Positions 1 through 8,698 of a stretch of DNA of 64,000 nucleotides are shown one piece after another. The position numbers were made by a program, and so were the translations under genes. Below the pieces are notes generated by a model, which ran no database searches, had not been told where the DNA came from, and was given only the letters and a program-made list of their open reading frames with translations. This stretch comes from an uncultured Halobacteriales archaeon (GTDB lineage Archaea; Thermoplasmatota; E2; JACPAO01): positions 2,157-66,156 of the forward strand of contig CAYOZB010000001.1 of NCBI GenBank assembly GCA_964408365.1. Direction: 5' to 3'. Every line of letters starts with the position of its first letter. Within the stretch, counting starts at the first letter, position 1.

Positions 1-2
1 AC

Positions 3-674
3 CCCAACCGCGGCAACGGCGTGTGGCACGAAAGCGACGCCTGGCCCCCGCCCGAGTCACAAGCGCGCAACTTCAACCTCACCGACACGGGGCTCGCCGC
101 CGACGCCCCCGGGAAGGAACGATCGTACAGGGCGGCACCCATGCCTGAAGGCACAAGCGCGCCCGTCCTCGGGGAAGGCGGTTGGCAGTGGCCGAAGAAC
201 TTCCTCTGCGACGACGCCGCCGACGCGGCGGAACCCGTTCGCCTCGTGTACCGGATGGACGCGACCGGCGACCCGTTCCTCATCGCGGGCATCCCGACGC
301 TCGATCTCACGATCTCGACGGACGAACCGGGCGGGATCGTCAACGCGTTCCTGGTGCTCGAGCACGCGGGGGAACAACCCTGCGACGACACCGACGCGCA
401 GGGTCCGGCCCTCATCAGTTTCGGCGCGGCGGATCTCCTCTTCGTCGACGACATCTACACGGAGAAACCGTTCCCGACCAGCAAGGCGACGCACATCCAG
501 ATCGAACTCACGGACATCGCCCAGGTCGTCCAACCGGGTCAGCGGCTCGTCCTGGTGCTTGGGGCCGGGAACGCGGTGGACCACCAGAGCCGGTACGCGC
601 CGATGATCACGATCCACGAAGGGACGCCCGAGATGCCGACGCATCTGACGTTGCCGATCCTCGAGCAGGGTTGA
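3..674 (+). CDS. CocE/NonD (X-Pro dipeptidyl-peptidase-like) hydrolase, C-terminal part (5' truncated by window)
   Basis: Frame open from window start; 'WHESDAWPP', 'IAGIPTLDLTIS' and 'QPGQRLVLVL' resemble the PepX_C beta-sandwich. Confidence 0.7.
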   Translation, partial: PNRGNGVWHESDAWPPPESQARNFNLTDTGLAADAPGKERSYRAAPMPEGTSAPVLGEGGWQWPKNFLCDDAADAAEPVRLVYRMDATGDPFLIAGIPTLDLTISTDEPGGIVNAFLVLEHAGEQPCDDTDAQGPALISFGAADLLFVDDIYTEKPFPTSKATHIQIELTDIAQVVQPGQRLVLVLGAGNAVDHQSRYAPMITIHEGTPEMPTHLTLPILEQG

Positions 675-870
675 GCCAGCGTCGGCGCGCGTAGACCGGA
701 TGTCCATCCAGGCGTCGCTCGTGTCGCCCGCGGGGGCTCAGTGCGGCGTATGGAATCGTTTGGCAGCTTACTAATTTACTAATTTGTAAAATTCTTGTGT
801 TCGTAAGCTAAATGCCGTTTCGTCCCACGCCACACCAAGGGCCCGATGAACGAGTTCCTTGCTCTCCCCA

Positions 871-2337
871 TCAGGGGGAACCGGCGACGCGCGTCGGCAA
901 TTCGACCATCCACGCTTCCGAATAGGGCGTGTCGGCGGTGCTCTTTCGGCCGTCCTGCCACACCGCGACGACGCCTTGGTCGTTGTAGGAGATGCCGAGG
1001 TAATCGCCCAAATGGGTGAGGAACGAAGGCTGGTTGTTCATCGACGTGGCGCTCGTCGGTTCGGAGCTCACTTGGTATTCGGTGAACGTGTGTCCGCTGT
1101 CGACGGAGCGCGCCACGTACGCGTGGTACGCGCTGTCGGCCACTTCCGCCATGTAGATGATCGAGACCGCGCCGTCGGGTTCGACGACGAGTTCCGGCAT
1201 GCGAAGATCCATGCCGTTGCCCACCGTGTCTTGGTTCACGCGGACCGACGGCTCCCAGGTCTTTCCGTTGTCGCGTGACACGTGGAGGAACACGTCCCCG
1301 TCGCCGTTGCGGTCGTCCATCAGGGAGGCATAGATCGTGCCATGGTTCGGTCCCCCGGTGCGGTCGACGTCGACCGAAGGCAACCACGAGCCGGCGTTCT
1401 GTTCAATCAGCCGCGGCGCGGCGAACCCGTTTCCATCCGCGTCGCTGACATAGAACGAGCCCGAGCGTAGCTCGCACCACAGGATGAGGAGATGACCGTC
1501 GACGGTCACGACGGGCCAACCTCCCATTTGGTGCTGCATCGAGCCGATGTAGTGCGGTTCGGGCGCGGAGATCGGGATCGGGTCGTTCCAGGTGCGTCCG
1601 CCGTCGGTGCTTTTGGCGAACATTTGTCGCGCCTCGGAGCTTTGCTGCCACCGTTCGGCGTAGGCGGCGTACACGTGGCCCGTGTAGGGATCGATGGTGA
1701 ACTGTTCCTTGTCGACATGCGGTCCGACCTGCGACGTGGGCACGTCGTGGGCGCCGTCGACGCCGGTCGCGCCGCTTGCGAACTCGGCGACGAACGTCGG
1801 GTCGCGGGAGCCCCAGGGGAATTCTGCGACGCCGATCGAGATGATGACGGGGTAGCGGATCGGAAGGACACCCAAGAGGAGACTGCCGTCGGCTTGGAAG
1901 TTCAGGACGCCGTCGCCAAGGGCCCAAGCACCAGGGAAGGGACCGACCTCGGTGTCGCCGGGGTAGCCGCGGATCGGTTCGTAATCCCAGGTCTCTCCGC
2001 CGTCGTCGCTCAGGGCGATGCCAGTCCACTGCATGGAATCGTAGGGGGCCAGCTCGTACTGGGTCGGGTAGGGCACCATCATGACGGCCGCCATATGGAG
2101 CGGGTTGTATGGGTCCGTCGCGACGTCGATCTCACGTGCGCGGACGCGCTCGGTCAGAAGGGGTCGGTCTTCGATCACGATCTCGGGGTCCAGGATGGCC
2201 GGGAACGAAGGTAGTGCGCCCCCGACTCGTCGTGCGTCGGCATCCTCTTGCTGCGTCTGGAGGCAGCCTGCCAATAACACTGCAAGCACCAGAACGGCCG
2301 CACGGGCCCAACTCGTCACGCGGCAACAGTTGCACAT
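871..2337 (-). CDS. Sialidase-family/BNR (Asp-box) repeat lipoprotein
   Basis: Lipobox LLAGC; four Asp-boxes SDDGGETW, STDGGRTW, SRDNGKTW, SVDSGHTF; C-terminal GDY motif. Start is 2337 or GTG 2319. Confidence 0.8.
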   Translation of the reverse strand: MCNCCRVTSWARAAVLVLAVLLAGCLQTQQEDADARRVGGALPSFPAILDPEIVIEDRPLLTERVRAREIDVATDPYNPLHMAAVMMVPYPTQYELAPYDSMQWTGIALSDDGGETWDYEPIRGYPGDTEVGPFPGAWALGDGVLNFQADGSLLLGVLPIRYPVIISIGVAEFPWGSRDPTFVAEFASGATGVDGAHDVPTSQVGPHVDKEQFTIDPYTGHVYAAYAERWQQSSEARQMFAKSTDGGRTWNDPIPISAPEPHYIGSMQHQMGGWPVVTVDGHLLILWCELRSGSFYVSDADGNGFAAPRLIEQNAGSWLPSVDVDRTGGPNHGTIYASLMDDRNGDGDVFLHVSRDNGKTWEPSVRVNQDTVGNGMDLRMPELVVEPDGAVSIIYMAEVADSAYHAYVARSVDSGHTFTEYQVSSEPTSATSMNNQPSFLTHLGDYLGISYNDQGVVAVWQDGRKSTADTPYSEAWMVELPTRVAGSP

Positions 2338-2436
2338 GACCCGTATATGATAGCGGGCTACCAGGAAAGGACTCGGACGCTGCAGGGACGCCCGCTCAGT
2401 AGGCTTAAGCCGATGTTCGGGTTGCGGCGAACTCCC

Positions 2437-3126
2437 ATGGAACTTCCCGGAGCCGCCCGCATCGACTGTCACATCCATTCCAAGTATTCCCCCGACGGGC
2501 GCGGGGAACTCCACGAACTCGTCAAGGTGGCCAAGGAAAAGGGTCTCACAGGGATCGTGGTGAGCGACCACAACACCTACCGAATGCCCGCCGACATGAA
2601 AGCCGCCAAGTTCGACGGGTTCACATTGATCCCCGCCGAGGAAGTCAGTGTCCGGGAGGGACACTGCTTGGCGCTTGGGATCCGCGAACTGATTCCGCCT
2701 CGTCTGCCCCTCATCGAGACGTTGCAGAAGATCCGCGACGCCGGCGGGATCGGCGTCCCGTCTCACCCGTTCCGCCGAGTGCATGGCGTCGGGGCGATCG
2801 CCCTTGACGCTGCGCGGAAGGATCTTCGCGCCCTCGAGGTCTACAATGCACGGGACGGCCCGCGAAAATCCAACGACCGTTCCCAAGCGACGGCGAAACG
2901 GTTCCAGCTCGGGGGAACCGGCGGCAGCGACGCGCACCAGATCTTCGAGGTCGGCAACGCGTTCACCGTGTTCAAGGAACGCGTCGACACCGTGGACGAG
3001 TTCCTAGACCAGATCGACAAACGTCAAACATGGGGCCAGGGTGTTCCGACGCCGCGGAGCAAGTTGTGGATGCAGAACGCCAAGAATGCGTGGTTGTTCG
3101 CGCGGCGCGGCTTCCGAAGCATCTGA
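2437..3126 (+). CDS. PHP-domain metal-dependent phosphoesterase
   Basis: DCHIHS, SDHN, EE, GH, HP and GGSDAH motifs; TTAAG box about 30 nt upstream of ATG 2437. Confidence 0.9.
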   Translation: MELPGAARIDCHIHSKYSPDGRGELHELVKVAKEKGLTGIVVSDHNTYRMPADMKAAKFDGFTLIPAEEVSVREGHCLALGIRELIPPRLPLIETLQKIRDAGGIGVPSHPFRRVHGVGAIALDAARKDLRALEVYNARDGPRKSNDRSQATAKRFQLGGTGGSDAHQIFEVGNAFTVFKERVDTVDEFLDQIDKRQTWGQGVPTPRSKLWMQNAKNAWLFARRGFRSI

Positions 3127-3394
3127 GGTCGCGGCGAGTTCACGAGGTCAAACGGTCGGGGAACGTCATCCGGCGGCCCGGGCCGGCGAGGTAGGCCTAG
3201 ATGCCGTCGAATGTCTTGAGCATCTGGTGGGCGCGTTCGCGTTCCTTCGCAAGCCCGCGCGCAGCGACGGGTTGGAGTCCTTGCTTCGGGACATCGAGAA
3301 AGAAGGCGGGCATCTTCGTCGGGTCCGTTGAGCTACCGCTCAGTCAGAAAAAACGGACGACCCGACGGATCGTCATGTGGCTTGAGAGGAGGCC

Positions 3395-4228
3395 TTACTT
3401 GATGCCGTATTTCTTTCGAAGCGCGACTGCGCCGGGGCGGTTCTGGTAGGCGCCCTTGCCGCCGCGGGCGCTCATCGCGCGCTTCTTGAATGCTGCGAAC
3501 TCAGTGTTGTACCGATTTCGGCGCTCAGCGAGCGTCAACGGTTTTTTGCCCGCGCCTTTCTTGACGGTCGCCTTGCGGGCCGGCGCGGGTTTGGCCGCCA
3601 CGGGCGCGACGATCTTCTTGCGCGGAGCGAGCCGAGCGATCTCGGCGTTCGCCTTGTCGAGGCGCGCTTCGGTGTCTTCGAACACCTTGTAGAGTTTCGC
3701 GAGCCGCTCCTGTTCCTGGGTGAAGAGTTTCACGTATTCTTCCAAGCGGGAGGCGGTGCGGGCAGCGTCGCCTTTGAGGAGTTGGTTCTCGGACTCGAGG
3801 TCCAGGATGCGCGCCTTGACGCGGGCGGGGGATCCGAGGTCGACGAGGGATTTCTCGAGCTTGCGGTACTCGCCCAGGATGTCGTCCCGTTCTCGCTCGA
3901 GGGCCTTGAGTTGGTCTTCCTGGGTCTTGAAGGCGTCCCAGAGCTTGGCGAGCCGGCGCTGCTCGGACTCGAGTTCGAGGATGTATTTCCGGGCCTCGGC
4001 GCCGGATTCCACGGTCTTGATCCGGGCCTCGAGTTGATCGATGACGGAAAGCAGATCGTTGAGGTACTTGAGGTCCAACATTCCGCGGATGCGGTCGAGG
4101 CTGTCCACTTCCTCGCGGGTGCGGTCGCGGACGCGGGTGAGTTCATCCGCCACTTGGCGCAGATTGGACTTGAGGCTCTCTGCGCTTTCCATTGGAATGA
4201 TGACATTCTTCTCGTTCGAAGTGGCCAT
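3395..4228 (-). CDS. Coiled-coil protein with Lys/Ala-rich basic C-terminal tail
   Basis: Heptad-rich 277 aa ORF with internal repeat EQxRLAKL(W/Y); TTTTATA upstream. Confidence 0.8.
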   Translation of the reverse strand: MATSNEKNVIIPMESAESLKSNLRQVADELTRVRDRTREEVDSLDRIRGMLDLKYLNDLLSVIDQLEARIKTVESGAEARKYILELESEQRRLAKLWDAFKTQEDQLKALERERDDILGEYRKLEKSLVDLGSPARVKARILDLESENQLLKGDAARTASRLEEYVKLFTQEQERLAKLYKVFEDTEARLDKANAEIARLAPRKKIVAPVAAKPAPARKATVKKGAGKKPLTLAERRNRYNTEFAAFKKRAMSARGGKGAYQNRPGAVALRKKYGIK

Positions 4229-4303
4229 AAAAGCTCTGAACCCGAACCGCTCAAACTTCGAGGAGCCTATAAAAGCCCTTTGTTGTGAGGCGAGCGGCCG
4301 TCG

Positions 4304-4648
4304 TCATGTTTTTGTCGTCGGGTCCGTCGACTCGGCTTCCGGCGTGGTCATGTTGCCGAAGACACGCATCATTTGAGCGACGTAGGATCGGAATTCCTCG
4401 TCGCCACGCGGCCTGATCTTGAACGCCCGGTGCTTGGTAACCGAATTGGGAGTCCATTCCAGGGCGACGTAGCCCGCCTCTTCCAGAACACGAAGATGAG
4501 CGGGGAGATTCCCAGCCGTTAGGGTCGTGCTTTTTTGGAGCGAGGCGAACCGCATCGAGCGGTGGATCGCCCGGCGGCTCATGATGGTAATCCGCGGCGC
4601 GGAGTCGAGCACCTGATTGAATGCATCGGGACGGATTTCGTCGCTCAT
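4304..4648 (-). CDS. Winged-helix (ArsR/HTH_34-like) transcriptional regulator
   Basis: 'RITIMS...RFASLQKSTTLTAGNLPAHLRVLEEAGYV' matches the TxGNLxxHLxxLEExGY pattern. Confidence 0.75.
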   Translation of the reverse strand: MSDEIRPDAFNQVLDSAPRITIMSRRAIHRSMRFASLQKSTTLTAGNLPAHLRVLEEAGYVALEWTPNSVTKHRAFKIRPRGDEEFRSYVAQMMRVFGNMTTPEAESTDPTTKT

Positions 4649-4650
4649 GG

Positions 4651-4830
4651 TCACTCTGGATTCGCCAGGATGCGGAGCGTTCCGAGAATTGCGAGAGGGA
4701 TCATGTATCCGATGGCGATCCAGGTGAACATGAGGTCTTGCGACAGGACCCCGAGCGCCAACAAGAGGGGCCATACCACCGAGACCATGGCATAGGTGCG
4801 CAGGACAGGGTCGTCGTGCTGCTTGCTCAT
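4651..4830 (-). CDS. Small 59-aa two-TM membrane protein
   Basis: Hand translation MSKQHDDPVLRTYAMVSVVWPLLLALGVLSQDLMFTWIAIGYMIPLAILGTLRILANPE; stop lies 2 nt before the regulator ATG. Confidence 0.6.
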   Translation of the reverse strand: MSKQHDDPVLRTYAMVSVVWPLLLALGVLSQDLMFTWIAIGYMIPLAILGTLRILANPE

Positions 4831-4899
4831 CGACTTTCCGGGCAGGGAACGATTGAAGGAGAGGGCGCGGCCCGTCCTGGACCCGCGCCGATCGCTCTC

Positions 4900-5022
4900 C
4901 TACTCTTCGTCGACGCGGCCCTCCCAGTCGTCGGGGCGTTCGTCTTCGCCTCGCGACTCCCAGTAGGCGTCGTTGTTGGGGTTGCATTGGTTCGCGTGGT
5001 TGTCATCGTTGGGGTTGCCCAT
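4900..5022 (-). CDS. Small 40-aa acidic Asn/Asp-rich protein
   Basis: Hand translation MGNPNDDNHANQCNPNNDAYWESRGEDERPDDWEGRVDEE; perfect SD GGAGGTGA 9 nt upstream. Confidence 0.75.
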   Translation of the reverse strand: MGNPNDDNHANQCNPNNDAYWESRGEDERPDDWEGRVDEE

Positions 5023-5110
5023 GTTGCGGTGTCACCTCCGCGGCGTCAGCACGCCACATCCCGCTTTCTCGCCGGGATTCATAATGAGATGACCGAACAC
5101 CCGCCAATCC

Positions 5111-7015
5111 TCAACCGGAACAATGCGGGTGGACGAACGAATCCTTCCGAAACACGACGGGCGCGGACGTGGTGGCTGAGCGTGCGGCGCGAAGGGCCAG
5201 ATTGCGGATTTGGACCGCTCGCTGCCCGCCATCTCCCTCCATCATCGTCGCATCTGGAGGGTGAACCAGGAATTCTCCGTGGGTGCGGCTTGACGCTGAC
5301 AGGATCGCCGCAGCCTCTCGGGCCGCCGCGGTGAACTCCTCGGCGCCTTTCTTTGTGGCCAGATTGGCCCGGGAGATCCGCTCCAGCAAGATGCCCAGGT
5401 CCTTGCTACGACCCGTTGGCTGCGACCGGGCAGCCTTCAAGCGGGTCGCCGACCAGCCTTCCCAAAGCTCTCGAAGGCGATTTACGAGCCCCAATTCGGG
5501 AATCATGTGCAAGACCGAGCCCGATACTTCTTCCAACGTCCCCACGGCGACTTGATGAAACGGCTCATCACAAGCGGCGCAATCCTGCTCTCGTTCCAGT
5601 TTGAGGGAATATTCGCGGATTCCGAACCAGGTCGCCGGCGCCGCAGGATTCTTCAGAACCTCGGTTGGGCATTCTTCGTGCACCGGCGGAGCCCATCCGC
5701 GTTCCCGGTTCGCGGAGTCGTGTTTGCGTGATAATAATAGATTTCGCGACCCCCAACACTTTCCGCATTTTGAACAACGGCGGAGGAACATCCAGGCCGA
5801 CGGGGCGAGGACCAACTCGTCTGACGCTTCCAGCGAGCGCTTGATCGCCCCCGAAGCTCCCGCAATCAGCCCGTGGGAAATCGCCTTCTCGATCAACCGA
5901 AACACATTGGTTTCGCCCAGGAGCGCCAAACCCGACCGTCTGGCCTTGTAATTGGCCCGGTTGCGCCCTTGCACTTGTTCCCAGATTTCGCGGGGCGTGA
6001 TCTTGCCCCCCGATTGGAAAGCGTCCGCCGCTGCAGCAAGAAGGGTCGACGGGGGACGGGCGGGGCCCAACACGTAAGCCTTGCCTTCGCGAGCCAGCAG
6101 CTGTGCGTCCGTGAGCAAGTCCAGGTGCTCGTGGGTCGTCGGGGGTTTGACACCGAGTTGTCGTGCAATCGCGCGCGGGCCCAGTTTCTTCCTGGCGTCC
6201 ACATCGTCGAACAGGTCGTAGACGGCCAGCGGGCCTTGCTCGCGGCGTGCCCGGTCATGCAGGGATCGATACCGGGTGACCCGGCCTTCGGAGGTCATTT
6301 CGACTTTCTCGTTCAGCCGCAACTCCTCGAGCGTCCACTCCAATTCCTCACTTCGGTCCTTGTCCAAGTCGAAGACCTTGAGCAGATCCGAAACGGAAAG
6401 TCCTCGGCGGAGCCGCCACGTGGATTTGGCTTCGGTGACCTCGTGGAGCACCCTGAGGATTGCACGGTCGTCGACCGTCGCGGCATACTTGGCGAGCTCG
6501 AGGAATCCGGTCTCGTCGCGAGGAACGTCGTCGAGGTCAAGGTGCAACAAACGGGGGATGGGCAAGGCGGCCTGGACGTCGGCTTCGTCGAGTACGCGCT
6601 CCGGAACCCCTGTCAAGGCCGCAAACAGGACGCGCTGTGCTGCCGTGTGGTCCAATTCCGGTTTCAGCCACGGGGCGCCCCAATCGAGGATTGCGTTCCA
6701 CGTTTGGTCATACGTGGCCAATTGGCGCGCGTGATCGCACTCTTCGCGAAACTGCGGCAGGTTGCCCTTGCCGGAAAGCTGTTTGAGATGCGCAACCACC
6801 TCCGGCCACGGCGCCCGGAATGCTCGGGCAAGTTCCTCACCGGAGAGGGCACGTGGTCCGAGCCGGCGTTGCCATTGGAGGAAACCCAACACGTGTTGTT
6901 GGTCGCATTCGAGTTGGCGCCGCAAGGCGGTGTCTCCGACGCTCATGGGTTGCCTTAATGCTGCGCCTCCAACCCTGATAAGTCGATGACCGAACGTCGC
7001 CCGGATCAACTTCAC
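5111..7015 (-). CDS. Large hypothetical protein with tandem wHTH-like segments and CxxC zinc-binding motifs
   Basis: 634 aa; HTH-like 'PRAIARQLGVKPPTTHEHLDLLTDAQLL'; CSKCGKC, HEEC and CAAC; start overlaps the upstream stop by 4 nt. Confidence 0.65.
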   Translation of the reverse strand: MKLIRATFGHRLIRVGGAALRQPMSVGDTALRRQLECDQQHVLGFLQWQRRLGPRALSGEELARAFRAPWPEVVAHLKQLSGKGNLPQFREECDHARQLATYDQTWNAILDWGAPWLKPELDHTAAQRVLFAALTGVPERVLDEADVQAALPIPRLLHLDLDDVPRDETGFLELAKYAATVDDRAILRVLHEVTEAKSTWRLRRGLSVSDLLKVFDLDKDRSEELEWTLEELRLNEKVEMTSEGRVTRYRSLHDRARREQGPLAVYDLFDDVDARKKLGPRAIARQLGVKPPTTHEHLDLLTDAQLLAREGKAYVLGPARPPSTLLAAAADAFQSGGKITPREIWEQVQGRNRANYKARRSGLALLGETNVFRLIEKAISHGLIAGASGAIKRSLEASDELVLAPSAWMFLRRCSKCGKCWGSRNLLLSRKHDSANRERGWAPPVHEECPTEVLKNPAAPATWFGIREYSLKLEREQDCAACDEPFHQVAVGTLEEVSGSVLHMIPELGLVNRLRELWEGWSATRLKAARSQPTGRSKDLGILLERISRANLATKKGAEEFTAAAREAAAILSASSRTHGEFLVHPPDATMMEGDGGQRAVQIRNLALRAARSATTSAPVVFRKDSFVHPHCSG

Positions 7016-7416
7016 GTTGCAACGTCCTCGACCGACCCATCCGGGGCGACGAAGAGGGCCGTGATCCGTGTGCGACGTTTCGCCTCATCGGGCAGCCGCG
7101 TCGTTCGGAATTGTGGGTGTTCGGGGACCGCAATGCTGTACTTTGCCGCCGGGTCGGTCATCCGCTGCAACGTTTCACCCAAGACGCCGATGAAATAATT
7201 CACCCTCATGGGCTGCAGGGACCCGCCGCCCTTGGCTTCAATCAGCCAGCGCTCGGACCCCCGCTGCGCCGCAATATCCACGCCTCGCGTCTTGGCCACG
7301 GCGACCGCGCACGACCAACCCTGTTTCTCGAGGTGGGCGACGAGAAGGCGTTTCAGCTCGTCTTCTGTGAGTACAGCGGCGGCCGCTTCGAGCCGGCGAG
7401 GCTTTGTCGCCCGCAC
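7012..7416 (-). CDS. Small PD-(D/E)XK restriction-endonuclease-like protein
   Basis: 'EDELKR..LEKQGW...GVDIAAQRGSERWLIEAKG' gives the E...D...ExK catalytic pattern. Confidence 0.75.
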   Translation of the reverse strand: MRATKPRRLEAAAAVLTEDELKRLLVAHLEKQGWSCAVAVAKTRGVDIAAQRGSERWLIEAKGGGSLQPMRVNYFIGVLGETLQRMTDPAAKYSIAVPEHPQFRTTRLPDEAKRRTRITALFVAPDGSVEDVAT

Positions 7417-7428
7417 CCAAAGCCCCTT

Positions 7429-7465
7429 GTTTACGGAACCGTATACTGTATACGCCTTCGTAAAC
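7429..7465. promoter_or_regulatory. Palindromic operator between the divergent nuclease operon and vapBC
   Basis: GTTTACG-GAAC-CGTATAC-T-GTATACG-CCTT-CGTAAAC, followed by TATATT. Confidence 0.6.
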
Positions 7466-7495
7466 TATATTGATGGGGGCGACCAATTGTTTGCC

Positions 7496-7741
7496 ATGGC
7501 CGTTGTGAGCTTCCGACCCACGCAGGAGGAAGAAGCGATTATCGAACAAACGCGACGCAGCCTCGGCTCCGGCACGCGCACCGAAGCGGTTCGCTTCCTG
7601 ATTAAGAAGGGAGCGAAAACGGCAGGGTCGTTGGCGGATGATCCAGTGTGGAAGGCACGTGCTCCACCCGAGTTCTGGTTCAAGAAGAGTCTTTCAAGCC
7701 GAGAGATCGATCGACGGCTCTACGGACGACGGCGCCAATAG
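7496..7741 (+). CDS. Antitoxin, RHH/CopG-like (VapB-type)
   Basis: 'VVSFRPTQEEEAIIE...RTEAVRFLI' and C-terminal 'SREIDRRLYG'; abuts the PIN gene. Confidence 0.75.
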   Translation: MAVVSFRPTQEEEAIIEQTRRSLGSGTRTEAVRFLIKKGAKTAGSLADDPVWKARAPPEFWFKKSLSSREIDRRLYGRRRQ

Positions 7742-8143
7742 ATGCGTCTCGCTGTGGACAGCTGGGCGTTCATCGAGAGCTTCTTCAGTGGTCCGCGAAG
7801 GGCCGAGGTCGACGCCTTGCTCAAGAACTCCGAAATTCTCGTCACCTCTCGCGAAATTGTTGTGGAGACGTTCAATTCGATTGTCTATGAGCTGCGGCGG
7901 ACATCCCCCGCCAACGACTGGCTCCAACTGCTCCGCTCCAGCCGGACGCGTGTCATCGAACCTGCCATGCACGACGTCGAGGCGTTCATGCAAGCGCTCG
8001 GTGCAAGGTCGACCCTAAGCTACGCGGACTCGTCTCTGGCCTTCGTTGCACAATCAGAAGGCATCGCCCACGTGATCACCGAGGACAGCGGTTTCCGCCA
8101 GGCGCGACTGGAGCCGCTCTTTTCAAAGCCCCTCCGCCGCTGA
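7742..8143 (+). CDS. vapC: PIN-domain VapC toxin
   Basis: AVDSWA, VVET, LSYADS and ITEDSGF acidic catalytic pattern; 133 aa. Confidence 0.9.
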   Translation: MRLAVDSWAFIESFFSGPRRAEVDALLKNSEILVTSREIVVETFNSIVYELRRTSPANDWLQLLRSSRTRVIEPAMHDVEAFMQALGARSTLSYADSSLAFVAQSEGIAHVITEDSGFRQARLEPLFSKPLRR

Positions 8144-8168
8144 GGGCCGCGCCCAAGTGGGCGCAGAC

Positions 8169-8621
8169 CTACGCCACTTCGGCGCCGTGCTGGGAACCCT
8201 TGGCCATCGATGGGCCGGGTCCGCCGTCCTTCTTTTCGAACTTGACCACGGGCATCGGGATCGGTGGTGGCAGTTGGACGGCGCGCGCGAGCGTCACGGC
8301 TTCCGGCAAGCAGGCGTGCATGATGGTGGTGTGGATCTCGGAGGCGGCTTCGCCGGGCATCTGCTTCTTCTCTTCCCATTCTTTGATGGCTTGGGGAGCC
8401 AACGGGCCGCTGTAGAGGAATTCGCCTTCGATCTTGATGACGCCGAGCGGACCGTACACGGCGGTATAGTTGAACTCGATGTGGGCCGAGTTGGGACCTT
8501 CGGGGCGGATGACGGTGACGGCGAGGTTGTTGTCGATGCGGACCTGGATGGGGGCGGGGGCGACTTTGAGGAATCTTCGCGCTTCGACGTTCTTGAGTTG
8601 GAGCTGTGAGACGTTTCCCAT
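8169..8621 (-). CDS. Conserved archaeal hypothetical protein (possibly SecB-like fold)
   Basis: 150 aa alpha/beta ORF with 'IEFNYTAVY..LGVIKIEGE' and 'QLPPPIPMP'; host-like codon usage. Confidence 0.7.
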   Translation of the reverse strand: MGNVSQLQLKNVEARRFLKVAPAPIQVRIDNNLAVTVIRPEGPNSAHIEFNYTAVYGPLGVIKIEGEFLYSGPLAPQAIKEWEEKKQMPGEAASEIHTTIMHACLPEAVTLARAVQLPPPIPMPVVKFEKKDGGPGPSMAKGSQHGAEVA

Positions 8622-8698
8622 CTTAGACGCCCGAACCAAAATACCCGTCCGTGATAAGCATTTGGGGTCGAACGTTCACTGCGACGAACGCAGCCGCG

